Part shown: positions 20,112-29,796 of the stretch, in pieces
How positions within the stretch are numbered: the first letter of the stretch is position 1
How the letters are laid out: each line of letters begins with the position of its first letter
DNA from: Rickettsia typhi
GTDB taxonomy: Bacteria; Pseudomonadota; Alphaproteobacteria; Rickettsiales; UBA1997
Direction: 5' to 3'
Assembly (NCBI GenBank): GCA_945874115.1
Contig: CAMCFD010000003.1
Coordinates: 1-39,611, forward strand
Length of the DNA: 39,611 nucleotides
Translations under genes and position numbers: made by a program
Notes under the pieces: generated by a model
The model's input: the letters and a program-made list of their open reading frames with translations, nothing else
Database searches by the model: none
Told to the model about the DNA's origin: nothing

Positions 20112-20140
20112 ATAATATAGATTTTAAGAAAATGAGTCAA
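20112..20140 (-). promoter_or_regulatory. Putative sigma70 promoter for coaBC-recQ
   Basis: Minus strand TTGACT-N17-TATTAT. Confidence 0.55.
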
Positions 20141-20248
20141 GAGAATTTGTGGGGTGGGGAATTATTATGGGTTTTTGAATCAAGGGTTTGTATTTTATTA
20201 TAACATTTTTCAACCTAAAACATAGGTCTCTTATTGTCTTAAAACCCA

Positions 20249-20281
20249 AGATTCCCGCTTTCGCGAGGATGACAAGAAGTG
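20249..20281. repeat. Degenerate REP-like palindrome, copy 2
   Basis: AGATTCCCGCTTTCGCGAGGATGACAAGAAGTG; 28/33 identical to 16637-16669. Confidence 0.7.
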
Positions 20282-20397
20282 GTGAATTGTGCAAGAAGAG
20301 CTAAAAATTTTGTATAATTTAAAGGTGCAACAAAAATTAACAAATTTTTCATAAAATCTGACGCAAAAAACCGCTAATTATTTCTGATAAAAGTTAA

Positions 20398-20545
20398 GAA
20401 CCTATCCCTAAATAATTTCACCCCATATTTTTGCTCTTTTTTCTAATAAATTTTATGAAATATATCCAATATTGCATAAAATTTATTAGAAAAATCGCTA
20501 AAAATTTCCTAAAAATCTGTGATTAAATTATTTAGGGATAGGTTC
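20398..20545. mobile_element. MITE-like palindromic element A (148 bp) overlapping the ruvB 3' end
   Basis: Perfect 21-bp TIRs GAACCTATCCCTAAATAATTT (20398-20418 and 20525-20545), flanked by TAA direct repeats (20395-20397, 20546-20548); internal perfect 20-bp IR at 20438-20457 and 20475-20494. Confidence 0.8.
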
Positions 20546-21538
20546 TAAGCCCAAATGCTTGAAGGCGATTTCAGTTAAAATTCGGCCGCGTGGGGTTTTT
20601 TCGATGAAGCCTTGTTGAATTAAATAAGGCTCGATCGAGTCTTCGACGGTGTCGCGCTCTTCAGAAATTGCTGAAGAAATTGTTTCAACACCAACTGGAC
20701 CACCGCGATAATTTTTGGCGATGAAATTTAAATAGCGATAATCGGAAGAGTCAAGGCCGGCTCTGTCTATTTCTAGGCGCTTGAGTGATTCATCGGCGAT
20801 TTTTTGCGAAATTAACTCGTGATTTTTATCGATTGCAAAATCGCGCACACGTTTCAGAAGGCGAATCGCGATTCTAGGTGTTCCGCGTGAGCGTTTAGCG
20901 ATTTCAACCGCACCATCTTCGGCGATTTTTATTCCCAAAATTTTAGCGTCGCGAAGCACAATTTGCGTTAATTCTTTAGTGCTGTAAAAATCTATGCGCG
21001 TGAGAATTCCGAAGCGATCACGAAGTGGGTTGGCGATAAGTCCGATTCGCGTGGTTGCTCCAACCAAGGTGAATTTCGGCAAGTCGATTTTGATCGCACG
21101 CGCCGCAACTCCTTCGCCGATTATGATGTCGAGCTTGAAATCTTCCATCGCCGAATATAAAACTTCCTCGACATTTTTGTTGAGTCGGTGAATTTCGTCG
21201 ATGAACAAAACATCGCCTTGCTGCAAATTGGTAAGAATCGCCGCCAAATCGCCCGATTTTGTAATCACCGGCCCCGAACTTCCTTTGAAACCCGTTCCCA
21301 TTTCGTGGGCGATAATTTGCGCTAAAGTTGTTTTTCCAAGGCCGGGAGGGCCATAAAACAAAGCGTGATCAAGAACATCATTTCTGCTTTTTGCCGAGTT
21401 TATAAAAATCGACAAATTTTCTTTTAGTTTTGTTTGGCCTAAAAAATCTTGCAAAAAACTCGGACGCAAAACATTATCATTTTGTTTTTCTTGCAACTCT
21501 TCTTCGTGCAGGTTTGGATCTAAAATTTCGTTTTTCAT
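20528..21538 (-). CDS. ruvB: Holliday junction branch migration helicase RuvB
   Basis: [46 protein letters not shown] and TPRGR motifs. Confidence 0.99.
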   Translation of the reverse strand: MKNEILDPNLHEEELQEKQNDNVLRPSFLQDFLGQTKLKENLSIFINSAKSRNDVLDHALFYGPPGLGKTTLAQIIAHEMGTGFKGSSGPVITKSGDLAAILTNLQQGDVLFIDEIHRLNKNVEEVLYSAMEDFKLDIIIGEGVAARAIKIDLPKFTLVGATTRIGLIANPLRDRFGILTRIDFYSTKELTQIVLRDAKILGIKIAEDGAVEIAKRSRGTPRIAIRLLKRVRDFAIDKNHELISQKIADESLKRLEIDRAGLDSSDYRYLNFIAKNYRGGPVGVETISSAISEERDTVEDSIEPYLIQQGFIEKTPRGRILTEIAFKHLGLEPIPK

Positions 21539-21559
21539 TAGTAAAATTAGTTAATCTCT

Positions 21560-22504
21560 TTATTTAAACACAAATCTATATGATAAAAATAAAGAAAGCA
21601 AAGTCATTAAAATCAATAATTCAATTTTGACTTTGTTAAAATATGATTCGAGTAATTTTTTCTCGAGCATTTTATGTTCATAAGTTGCGATTAAAATGAA
21701 AGGATATTTATCGGATTTTTTGAGTAAAATCGCTTTCGCATCTTCGCCAAATACGTTGATATAAAACGCCTCGACCGCATTTTTGTTTTCCATTTCGTCG
21801 ATATTTTTCCTCACAATTTCTTCTAATTCTAAATCGGAGTTTTTATAAATTTGATATTTTATACTTTGTGTGCATAATATCGGTTTTTTCGACGAGCCAA
21901 GTAATTTGAAAGTGACATAATTATTCGTGATATTTCTTTGCAGAAGGCTCGCCAAAACTTCTATTTCAAAACCAATCGTCATTGTGCCGAGATATTTGCC
22001 GTTTAATTCAGCGCCAACGCCTCCGGGAATTGTCCATTTTTGACTGGGAGAGCCAATAACTGGCTGTCCTAAAAAGAATTTTCCAGCCTCTTTTTGTGTA
22101 AATTTCATATAATCCCGCATCGATAAATCGCGAAGATCGCTTGATATTCCATAGCGCGTATCGACTATGATTTTGTTGTTCGAATTAGTCCATGAAAACA
22201 CTGTCCATGAAAATTCGTCAACCAAATAAGGATTAGTTTTGTAAATTTTCATCACCTCATTTATATATTTTTTATCCTGAGGATTTTTCTTAATCTCAAC
22301 AATCATTTTGTTGATTACTTCATGAGTATGGTCGAATTTTTTGTCTAAATCTTTTTCGATTCTTGCCATTTCAACTTCAAGAACATCTTTAATTCTGAGT
22401 TTATAACTTCGAATTTCATAAAAAAACAGCGCAATAACAGAGAGGCAGAGAAATAAAAATATCGAGATCGTGATTGATTTGCTAATGGCCGATTTTTTTT
22501 TCAT
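21560..22504 (-). CDS. Membrane protein with a Cache-like periplasmic sensor domain and no output domain; paralog of the adjacent kinase sensor region
   Basis: TM-periplasmic-TM topology; FSW, DLSMRDY, IPGGVG and GKYLGTMTIGFEIE match the kinase; ends right after TM2; ATG at 22504 lies 1 nt after the kinase stop. Confidence 0.8.
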   Translation of the reverse strand: MKKKSAISKSITISIFLFLCLSVIALFFYEIRSYKLRIKDVLEVEMARIEKDLDKKFDHTHEVINKMIVEIKKNPQDKKYINEVMKIYKTNPYLVDEFSWTVFSWTNSNNKIIVDTRYGISSDLRDLSMRDYMKFTQKEAGKFFLGQPVIGSPSQKWTIPGGVGAELNGKYLGTMTIGFEIEVLASLLQRNITNNYVTFKLLGSSKKPILCTQSIKYQIYKNSDLELEEIVRKNIDEMENKNAVEAFYINVFGEDAKAILLKKSDKYPFILIATYEHKMLEKKLLESYFNKVKIELLILMTLLSLFLSYRFVFK

Positions 22505-22505
22505 A

Positions 22506-24362
22506 TTAATCTTTGTAATCAAAAGTTATGATAATCATGGTTCCGGCGCCGATTTTTGATCTTATTTCTATTCTTCCGCCTTGCAATTCGACAAGCTGTT
22601 TTACTAAATTCAGGCCGAGACCGAAAGAGTCAACTTTGTCGTTATTTTTGCTTTCTTCAGCTAGGCCAAATTTCTGCATCGCCTTTTCAAGCTGCTTGTC
22701 GGTCATTCCCATTCCTTCATCTTTAATCGAAATTCTGAGTTTATTTTTGCCATTTTCGCAAAAATCACTCGCCAAAATTTCGATTTTCGTATTTTCACGG
22801 CTATATTTTATCGAATTATTCACCAAATTTATCAAAATTTGTTTTATTCGTCTTTGGTCAAGATTTATCGCTGGCAAATCAGAGTTGGCGTGATTAAATA
22901 TTCTAATATGTTTTTTGTTGGCAAAATCGCGATTAACTCGAATTGATCTTTTGATCATTTCATAAATGTTAATTTTTTGCGACAAATTAATCGAGAAAAT
23001 CCCCGAAGAAATTTGTGTCACGTCCATTAAATCATTGATGAATTCAAGCGCGTCATTGGCGCAATTTTCTATTTCTTTAAGCGATTCTTCTTCGTTATCG
23101 CTTTCTTTATTTTGCAGGTTTTTTGTGAAAGCCAAAATTGCCGATAGAGGATTTCTTATGTCGTGAGAAATGGCTGATAAAAATTCACTTTTGTTGAAGT
23201 TTTCTTGAGCAATTTTTTGATTCGCATTCTTTAACCGATTCATCAAAGATTCTTCGCGAACGCACGATTCTCCAAGCATTTTCAGCGCAATATATAATTC
23301 TTTCAACTCTTTGCCTTCAGGTTCTTCAATTTGATATGAAAAATCGCGTTCAGAAATTCTTTGCGCAAAAATCGATAAGTGAGAAACTGGTTTTACAATT
23401 CTTCGATAGAGGCTGCGAAACAAGATGATACAACAAACCATCGCCAAAAATATAATTACAACTTGGCGAAAAATAATGTCGATAATTTGTTTATAATAAG
23501 CATCTTTGTCGTAAAATAAAACAAACTCAATTGGTTGACCTTTGATTCTTTGAAAATAAGCGTTTACGACTTTGTCCGCAAAAATTTTCTGTGTTGATAT
23601 TTTTTTGCGATCAATATTATCATCAAGCGAGGCAAGGTGAATATCGTCTTTTATTGGCTCTAAAAAATCATTTTCGAAATTCTCGGAGGCAAAAATAAAT
23701 TCTCCTTCGTGAAAGAAAGCGAAACTAATATTTTCATTTTCGACGGTTTTTTCAATTTTGCTGACTAATTTTTCTATATCGAAGCCAAAAACTAAAGTTC
23801 CGATATATTTTCCATCAGATGAAAAAGTGCCAAGACCGGCCGGAATCAAAAGGCGCTGTGACAATACGCCATAAACCGCTTGGCCAAAAATAACTTTATT
23901 TAAACTATGCTCAGTATATTTTAAATAATCGCGATCAGACAAATCGATTGGCTTGCTGATAATTCCCGAAGTTCCGTCGATTGTGAGTTTTTTTTGACTA
24001 TCGATCCACGAAAATGCGCTCCACGTAACCGCAACATCAACTTGGCTGTTCGTTGTCAAAAATGTTGATAAAAGTTTGTGAATTTTTTCTTTGTCGCCAT
24101 TCATTAAAGCAATTTGCGTTGAAGCATAAAAAAGCTGATGCTTAACATAATTTATGTCGTAAGCGACAGTTTTTTGAGTTTGTTTTGCAGAATTAATTAA
24201 GATATTTTCAATTTCTCCGGCCTTTTGGTTAATCGATGTTTTGATAAGTAAAAATCCCGCAAAAATTATGGCAATTATTGCGAATCGATAAATATTGAGA
24301 AAGTTTTTGATAAAAGACGGAAAGAGAGATCTGAGGACTGATTTTGTAAGCATAATTGCCAT
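22506..24362 (-). CDS. Sensor histidine kinase (Cache-like sensor, HAMP, HisKA, HATPase)
   Basis: H-box FLSAISHDIRNPL, N-box QILINLVNNSIKY, G1 DEGMGM, G2 GLGL; two TM segments; ATG at 24362 preferred over TTG at 24380. Confidence 0.93.
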   Translation of the reverse strand: MAIMLTKSVLRSLFPSFIKNFLNIYRFAIIAIIFAGFLLIKTSINQKAGEIENILINSAKQTQKTVAYDINYVKHQLFYASTQIALMNGDKEKIHKLLSTFLTTNSQVDVAVTWSAFSWIDSQKKLTIDGTSGIISKPIDLSDRDYLKYTEHSLNKVIFGQAVYGVLSQRLLIPAGLGTFSSDGKYIGTLVFGFDIEKLVSKIEKTVENENISFAFFHEGEFIFASENFENDFLEPIKDDIHLASLDDNIDRKKISTQKIFADKVVNAYFQRIKGQPIEFVLFYDKDAYYKQIIDIIFRQVVIIFLAMVCCIILFRSLYRRIVKPVSHLSIFAQRISERDFSYQIEEPEGKELKELYIALKMLGESCVREESLMNRLKNANQKIAQENFNKSEFLSAISHDIRNPLSAILAFTKNLQNKESDNEEESLKEIENCANDALEFINDLMDVTQISSGIFSINLSQKINIYEMIKRSIRVNRDFANKKHIRIFNHANSDLPAINLDQRRIKQILINLVNNSIKYSRENTKIEILASDFCENGKNKLRISIKDEGMGMTDKQLEKAMQKFGLAEESKNNDKVDSFGLGLNLVKQLVELQGGRIEIRSKIGAGTMIIITFDYKD

Positions 24363-24395
24363 AATTTTATTTTTTAGCAAAAACTTAAACCCATT

Positions 24396-25601
24396 CTATC
24401 TGTCAACTTCTCCAAACACAATATCTTGAGTTGAAATTATCGTGACAACGTCGGCAAGCATGTGGCCTTTTACCATAAAATCAAGTGCTTGCAAATGTGC
24501 AAATCCGGGTGCGCGAACGCGGCAACGGTGAGGCTTGTTTGAGCCATCAGAAATTGTATAAACCCCGAATTCGCCTTTTGGCGCTTCAACCGCGGCGTAA
24601 GCTTCACCAGCCGGAACATGATATCCTTCAGTGTAAAGTTTAAAGTGATGAATCATCGCTTCCATCGAATGCTTCATTTCAGAGCGTTTTGGTGGCGCGA
24701 TTTTTCCGTCAGAAGTCATAATTTCGCCGCTTGGCATTTTCTCGCAACATTGCTTGATAAGCTTAATTGACTCATACATTTCAGCAACGCGAATCAAATA
24801 ACGATCGTAAGAATCACCATTTTTGCCAATTGGAATGTCAAAATCAAGTTGGTCATAAATTTCGTAAGGCTGACTTTTGCGCAAATCCCAAGCAATCCCC
24901 GAGCCGCGAATCATTGGGCCCGAGAAGCCCCAATCAAGAGCTTCTTGTTTTGAAACAATTCCGATTTCGCACATTCTTTGCTTGAAAATTCTATTTCCTG
25001 AAAGCAAATTTTCCATGTCAGCTAAAAGCGCTGGAAAACCTTCGGCGAATGCCATAATTTCTTCAAGCAATCCTGCTGGCAAATCTTGATGGACGCCGCC
25101 TGGGCGAATATATGCCGCGTGCATTCTCGAGCCACTGACTTTTTCATAAAATCCCATCATTTTTTCGCGCTCTTCAAACATCCACAAAAGTGGCGTCATG
25201 GCGCCAACGTCAAGGGCCTGTGTGGTCACGGCCATAATGTGATTGAGAATTCGTGTAATTTCACTAAAAAGCACGCGAATATATTGCGCTCGCAGAGGAA
25301 TTTCGCATTTCAAAAGCTTCTCGACCGAAAGCGCGTAGGCGTGTTCTTGACACATTGGCGACACATAATCTAGCCTGTCAAAATAAGGCACGGCTTGAAG
25401 ATAAGTTTTGTGCTCAATCAATTTTTCTGTGCCGCGATGAAGCAAGCCAATATGCGGGTCGGCGCGAGTGATAATTTCGCCGTCCATCTCAAGAATTAAA
25501 CGCAAAACTCCGTGCGCCGCAGGATGCTGGGGGCCAAAGTTGATTGTCATGTTTTTATTCTCAAAACCTTCGCGGCTGTTTTTTGTCTGAACTTCTAACA
25601 T
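24396..25601 (-). CDS. nuoD: NADH-quinone oxidoreductase subunit D
   Basis: [37 protein letters not shown] and DIVFGEVDR motifs. Confidence 0.99.
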   Translation of the reverse strand: MLEVQTKNSREGFENKNMTINFGPQHPAAHGVLRLILEMDGEIITRADPHIGLLHRGTEKLIEHKTYLQAVPYFDRLDYVSPMCQEHAYALSVEKLLKCEIPLRAQYIRVLFSEITRILNHIMAVTTQALDVGAMTPLLWMFEEREKMMGFYEKVSGSRMHAAYIRPGGVHQDLPAGLLEEIMAFAEGFPALLADMENLLSGNRIFKQRMCEIGIVSKQEALDWGFSGPMIRGSGIAWDLRKSQPYEIYDQLDFDIPIGKNGDSYDRYLIRVAEMYESIKLIKQCCEKMPSGEIMTSDGKIAPPKRSEMKHSMEAMIHHFKLYTEGYHVPAGEAYAAVEAPKGEFGVYTISDGSNKPHRCRVRAPGFAHLQALDFMVKGHMLADVVTIISTQDIVFGEVDR

Positions 25602-25630
25602 TTTTTGAAAAATTGTTTACAAATTAGAAT

Positions 25631-25788
25631 TGCGCTGTTAACAAAGATAGAGTGCTTTAGATTTTGACATATTTTTAGTGCTTTTTGAATAAAATTGCAA
25701 GAAATATCGGATATATTTTGAGCAATTTTATTCAAAAATAAGCAAAAAAAGAGCGAAATATAAAATATTTAGCTTTGTTAACAGTGCA
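25631..25788. mobile_element. MITE-like palindromic element B (~158 bp) upstream of nuoD
   Basis: Imperfect TIRs TGCGCTGTTAACAAAG and CTTTGTTAACAGTGCA; internal perfect 17-bp IR at 25682-25698 and 25722-25738; core matches element A in reverse orientation; no clean TSD. Confidence 0.72.
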
Positions 25789-25797
25789 TATGCAATA

Positions 25798-25826
25798 AAA
25801 ATAACATATCGCGAGAAAAAAAGCAA
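25798..25826 (-). promoter_or_regulatory. Putative sigma70 promoter for nuoD
   Basis: Minus strand TTGCTT-N17-TATTTT with TGn extension. Confidence 0.4.
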
Positions 25827-25907
25827 ATATTTTTACGGTTTTAAAATGAGGTTTCGTCGGCCATGTTATTTTTGCCGATCGTGTAAAATTCACATAAAAA
25901 AGTAAAA

Positions 25908-26840
25908 TTAAACCAATTTAATTTTTTGGCCAATAATTTCAATTTTGCCACCAATCACAACTGGCATAATATTTGGCGAATGTCCTAAGCTTCCGGTTTT
26001 TTCTTCAAAAACGGCAATTTTTTTATCAATTAGCGCGATTCTTTCGACAAAATTTTTAATTGCCAATTTTATATTTTCTTTTTTCGATTTTTCTTTAACA
26101 TTTTCATAAAAATTGCCAAATAAAATCGCCCGCGGAGAGTAATTTTTTTCCACCATAAATTGCAAAATCTGCGTTAAATAACGGTCAATTTTTTCGCCAC
26201 TTTCGTCAATATCTTCAAGAAATAAAATTTTGTCGTTAAAGTCAATTTGATTAGCTGTTGCAAGGCTTGCACACAAAACGCTTAAACAGCCGCCAACCAA
26301 AATTCCTTCAATTTTTTGCGCTTTATTTATTTTATTTAGCGCCAAAATATCATAACTTTGTTGCGCAGAATTTTTATCAAAAATCATCTTAATAATCTCA
26401 TCTTCACTTTTTTTCGAAACCTTAGAAAAGCTTAATTGCGTAAGCATCGGGCCGTAAATTATTTTCCAATTCCAGTTTTGTTCAAGAAAAATCCCGAGAG
26501 TTGTGATGTCGCTAAAGCCAATAAATAACTTGTTTTGCGCGATTTTTTCGCTTTTTTGCAAAAATGGAATTAAATCAACGCTTCCATAACCGCCGCGAGC
26601 GCACCAAATCGCTTTCGAATCACTTTTTAGTGCTTTTTTCAGCTGTTCAAAGCGTTTTTGCGCCGAAAATTGTGGAAATAAATTTTTCGCTTTTTTGCTC
26701 AAAAGAAGTTCGTCTTCAAGAAAAAATCGCGCTTTAAGGCCGAATTTCTCCAAAAACTTCGCAATTTCGCGCATTTCGGCCTTCGAAACCGAACTTGCTG
26801 GTGAAATAACGTCAACTATATCGCCTTTTTTTAGATGCAT
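25908..26840 (-). CDS. ldcA: LD-carboxypeptidase (peptidase S66 family)
   Basis: ISPAS, ARGGYGS (Ser nucleophile), GFSDIT, LFLEDIDE (Glu) and LGH (His) motifs. Confidence 0.92.
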   Translation of the reverse strand: MHLKKGDIVDVISPASSVSKAEMREIAKFLEKFGLKARFFLEDELLLSKKAKNLFPQFSAQKRFEQLKKALKSDSKAIWCARGGYGSVDLIPFLQKSEKIAQNKLFIGFSDITTLGIFLEQNWNWKIIYGPMLTQLSFSKVSKKSEDEIIKMIFDKNSAQQSYDILALNKINKAQKIEGILVGGCLSVLCASLATANQIDFNDKILFLEDIDESGEKIDRYLTQILQFMVEKNYSPRAILFGNFYENVKEKSKKENIKLAIKNFVERIALIDKKIAVFEEKTGSLGHSPNIMPVVIGGKIEIIGQKIKLV

Positions 26841-26858
26841 AATTTGTTTATTTTTTCC

Positions 26859-26887
26859 TTGAAAAATCCTCGCACAATTGTTATAAT
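26859..26887 (+). promoter_or_regulatory. Putative sigma70 promoter for leuA
   Basis: TTGAAA-N17-TATAAT with TGn extended -10. Confidence 0.65.
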
Positions 26888-26920
26888 ATATATAAGAAAC
26901 CTAATTTAACAAGCGATTTT

Positions 26921-28429
26921 ATGAAAAAAGAGAAAGTGATGATCTTTGACACAACTTTGCGCGATGGCGAACAGGCGCCTGGTGCGGCGATGAATTTGGA
27001 AGAAAAATTGCTTATCGCGAAAACTCTTGAAAAAATGGGTGTTGATGTGATTGAAGCTGGCTTTCCTGCTGCGTCTGACGGAGACTTCGAGGCGGTGAAT
27101 CAAATTGCGAAAATCATAAAAACTTCGATTGTGTGCGGATTGGCGCGCGCGAAAAAATCTGATATCGAGAGAACCGCTCAGGCCGTAAAGCCCGCGGCAA
27201 AACCTCGCATTCACACATTTTTGGCGACAAGCGCGATTCACATGAAATATAAATTGAAAATGGACGAAGCGCAAGTGTTGCAAGCAATCACTGACAGCGT
27301 GTCTTTGGCGCATAATTTGTGCGGCGATGTCGATTGGTCGCCCGAAGACGCCACGCGTTCTGATCGGGGGTTTTTGTTCAAGGCCATTGAGACCGCGATT
27401 AAAGCTGGTGCGCGCACAATCAATATTCCTGACACGGTCGGATATTCAACTCCCGACGAGTTTTTTGATTTGATAAAAGCTATAAAAAATAATGTTTCAA
27501 ATATCGACAAAGCTTTGATTTCAACGCATTGTCACAATGATTTGGGTTTGGCTGTTGCCAATTCTTTGGCTGGCGTTATGGCGGGTGCGCGTCAAGTTGA
27601 GTGCACAATCAACGGCATTGGCGAACGCGCCGGCAACGCGGCTTTAGAAGAAATCGTTATGGCGATAAAAACCCGTGGCGATTTTTATAATTTCGACACA
27701 AATATCGACACGAAAATGATTATGCGCGCGTCAAAATTGGTGTCAAACATCACCGGATTCGCAGTGCAATATAACAAGGCTATTGTAGGCGCCAACGCCT
27801 TTGCGCACGAAAGCGGAATCCACCAAGACGGAATGTTAAAAAACCGTGAGACCTACGAAATTATGACCCCAGAGTCAATCGGCTTAGACAAAACTTCGTT
27901 AACTTTAGGAAAGTTATCGGGTCGCGCAGCCTTTAAAGACAAGCTTTTGCACATTGGCTATGATTTGAGCGAAGAAAAATTTAATGAAGCTTTCAAAAAT
28001 TTCAAAAATTTGGCGGATAAGCAAAAAGAAATTTTAGACGAAGACATAATTTCATTGGTTGACGATTCAATTACGCATGAAAAAGCGCGCTACAGCTTGG
28101 TCGATTTAAAAGTTAATTGCGGCGGAAGCGATGATGCGAAAGTTGAAATGGCGATAAAAATTGATGATGAAATTAAAAAATGTCAATTCAGTTCAAAATT
28201 TGGGCCGGTTGACGCGATTTTTGGGGCGATAAAAAAATTAATTCCGCATGTTGCTGTGCTTGAATTATATCAAGTGAATGCAGTAACCTCGGGCACTGAC
28301 GCGCAAGCCACGACAAATGTTCGTTTACGAAAAGACAACCGTCTTTACAGCGCCAACGGTTCAAGCACCGATGTTTTGCAGGCATCCGCGATTGCATACA
28401 TCAATTGTTTAGAAAAATTTCGCGCTTAA
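26921..28429 (+). CDS. leuA: 2-isopropylmalate synthase
   Basis: FDTTLRDGEQAPG, IEAGFP, HCHNDLGLAVANSL, GIGERAGNA, FAHESGIHQDG and C-terminal regulatory domain (GPVDA). Confidence 0.97.
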   Translation: MKKEKVMIFDTTLRDGEQAPGAAMNLEEKLLIAKTLEKMGVDVIEAGFPAASDGDFEAVNQIAKIIKTSIVCGLARAKKSDIERTAQAVKPAAKPRIHTFLATSAIHMKYKLKMDEAQVLQAITDSVSLAHNLCGDVDWSPEDATRSDRGFLFKAIETAIKAGARTINIPDTVGYSTPDEFFDLIKAIKNNVSNIDKALISTHCHNDLGLAVANSLAGVMAGARQVECTINGIGERAGNAALEEIVMAIKTRGDFYNFDTNIDTKMIMRASKLVSNITGFAVQYNKAIVGANAFAHESGIHQDGMLKNRETYEIMTPESIGLDKTSLTLGKLSGRAAFKDKLLHIGYDLSEEKFNEAFKNFKNLADKQKEILDEDIISLVDDSITHEKARYSLVDLKVNCGGSDDAKVEMAIKIDDEIKKCQFSSKFGPVDAIFGAIKKLIPHVAVLELYQVNAVTSGTDAQATTNVRLRKDNRLYSANGSSTDVLQASAIAYINCLEKFRA

Positions 28430-28584
28430 AAAACGAATTTAAAACTCAATTGTTCGATTTTTTACGATGGTTAAAAAAAAATGAAAGTTCTTAGTGCTTT
28501 TTATTTTTAGTTGTTCTTAAATTAGCTTAATAATTTTATTATATTTGTTTAAAATATTTTTCAAAATCTTTTAAACCCTTATAA

Positions 28585-29667
<1,083 letters not shown>

Positions 29668-29693
29668 TTTGCTCGATTAAAACCAGTTATAAA

Positions 29694-29760
29694 TTTACTT
29701 GCTTTAAAAAACCAAAAGCAAGTAAAGCGAAATAAAAACACACCAAAAACACACCAAAAC
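29694..29760. repeat. Hairpin and 11-nt tandem repeat in the mreB-mreC spacer
   Basis: TTTACTTGCTTT/AAAGCAAGTAAA 12-bp stem (29694-29726); AAAAACACACC x2 (29734-29755) plus a partial third copy. Confidence 0.7.
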
Positions 29761-29796
29761 CCGCCTATGAACCTGTTTTTATTGCAAGAATTAAAG

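Noticed and set aside
20089-20310. 15-nt direct repeat AAGAGCTAAAAATTT at 20089 and 20296
   Set aside because: Low-complexity AT-rich word with no terminal inverted repeats or cargo between the copies; cannot be distinguished from chance.
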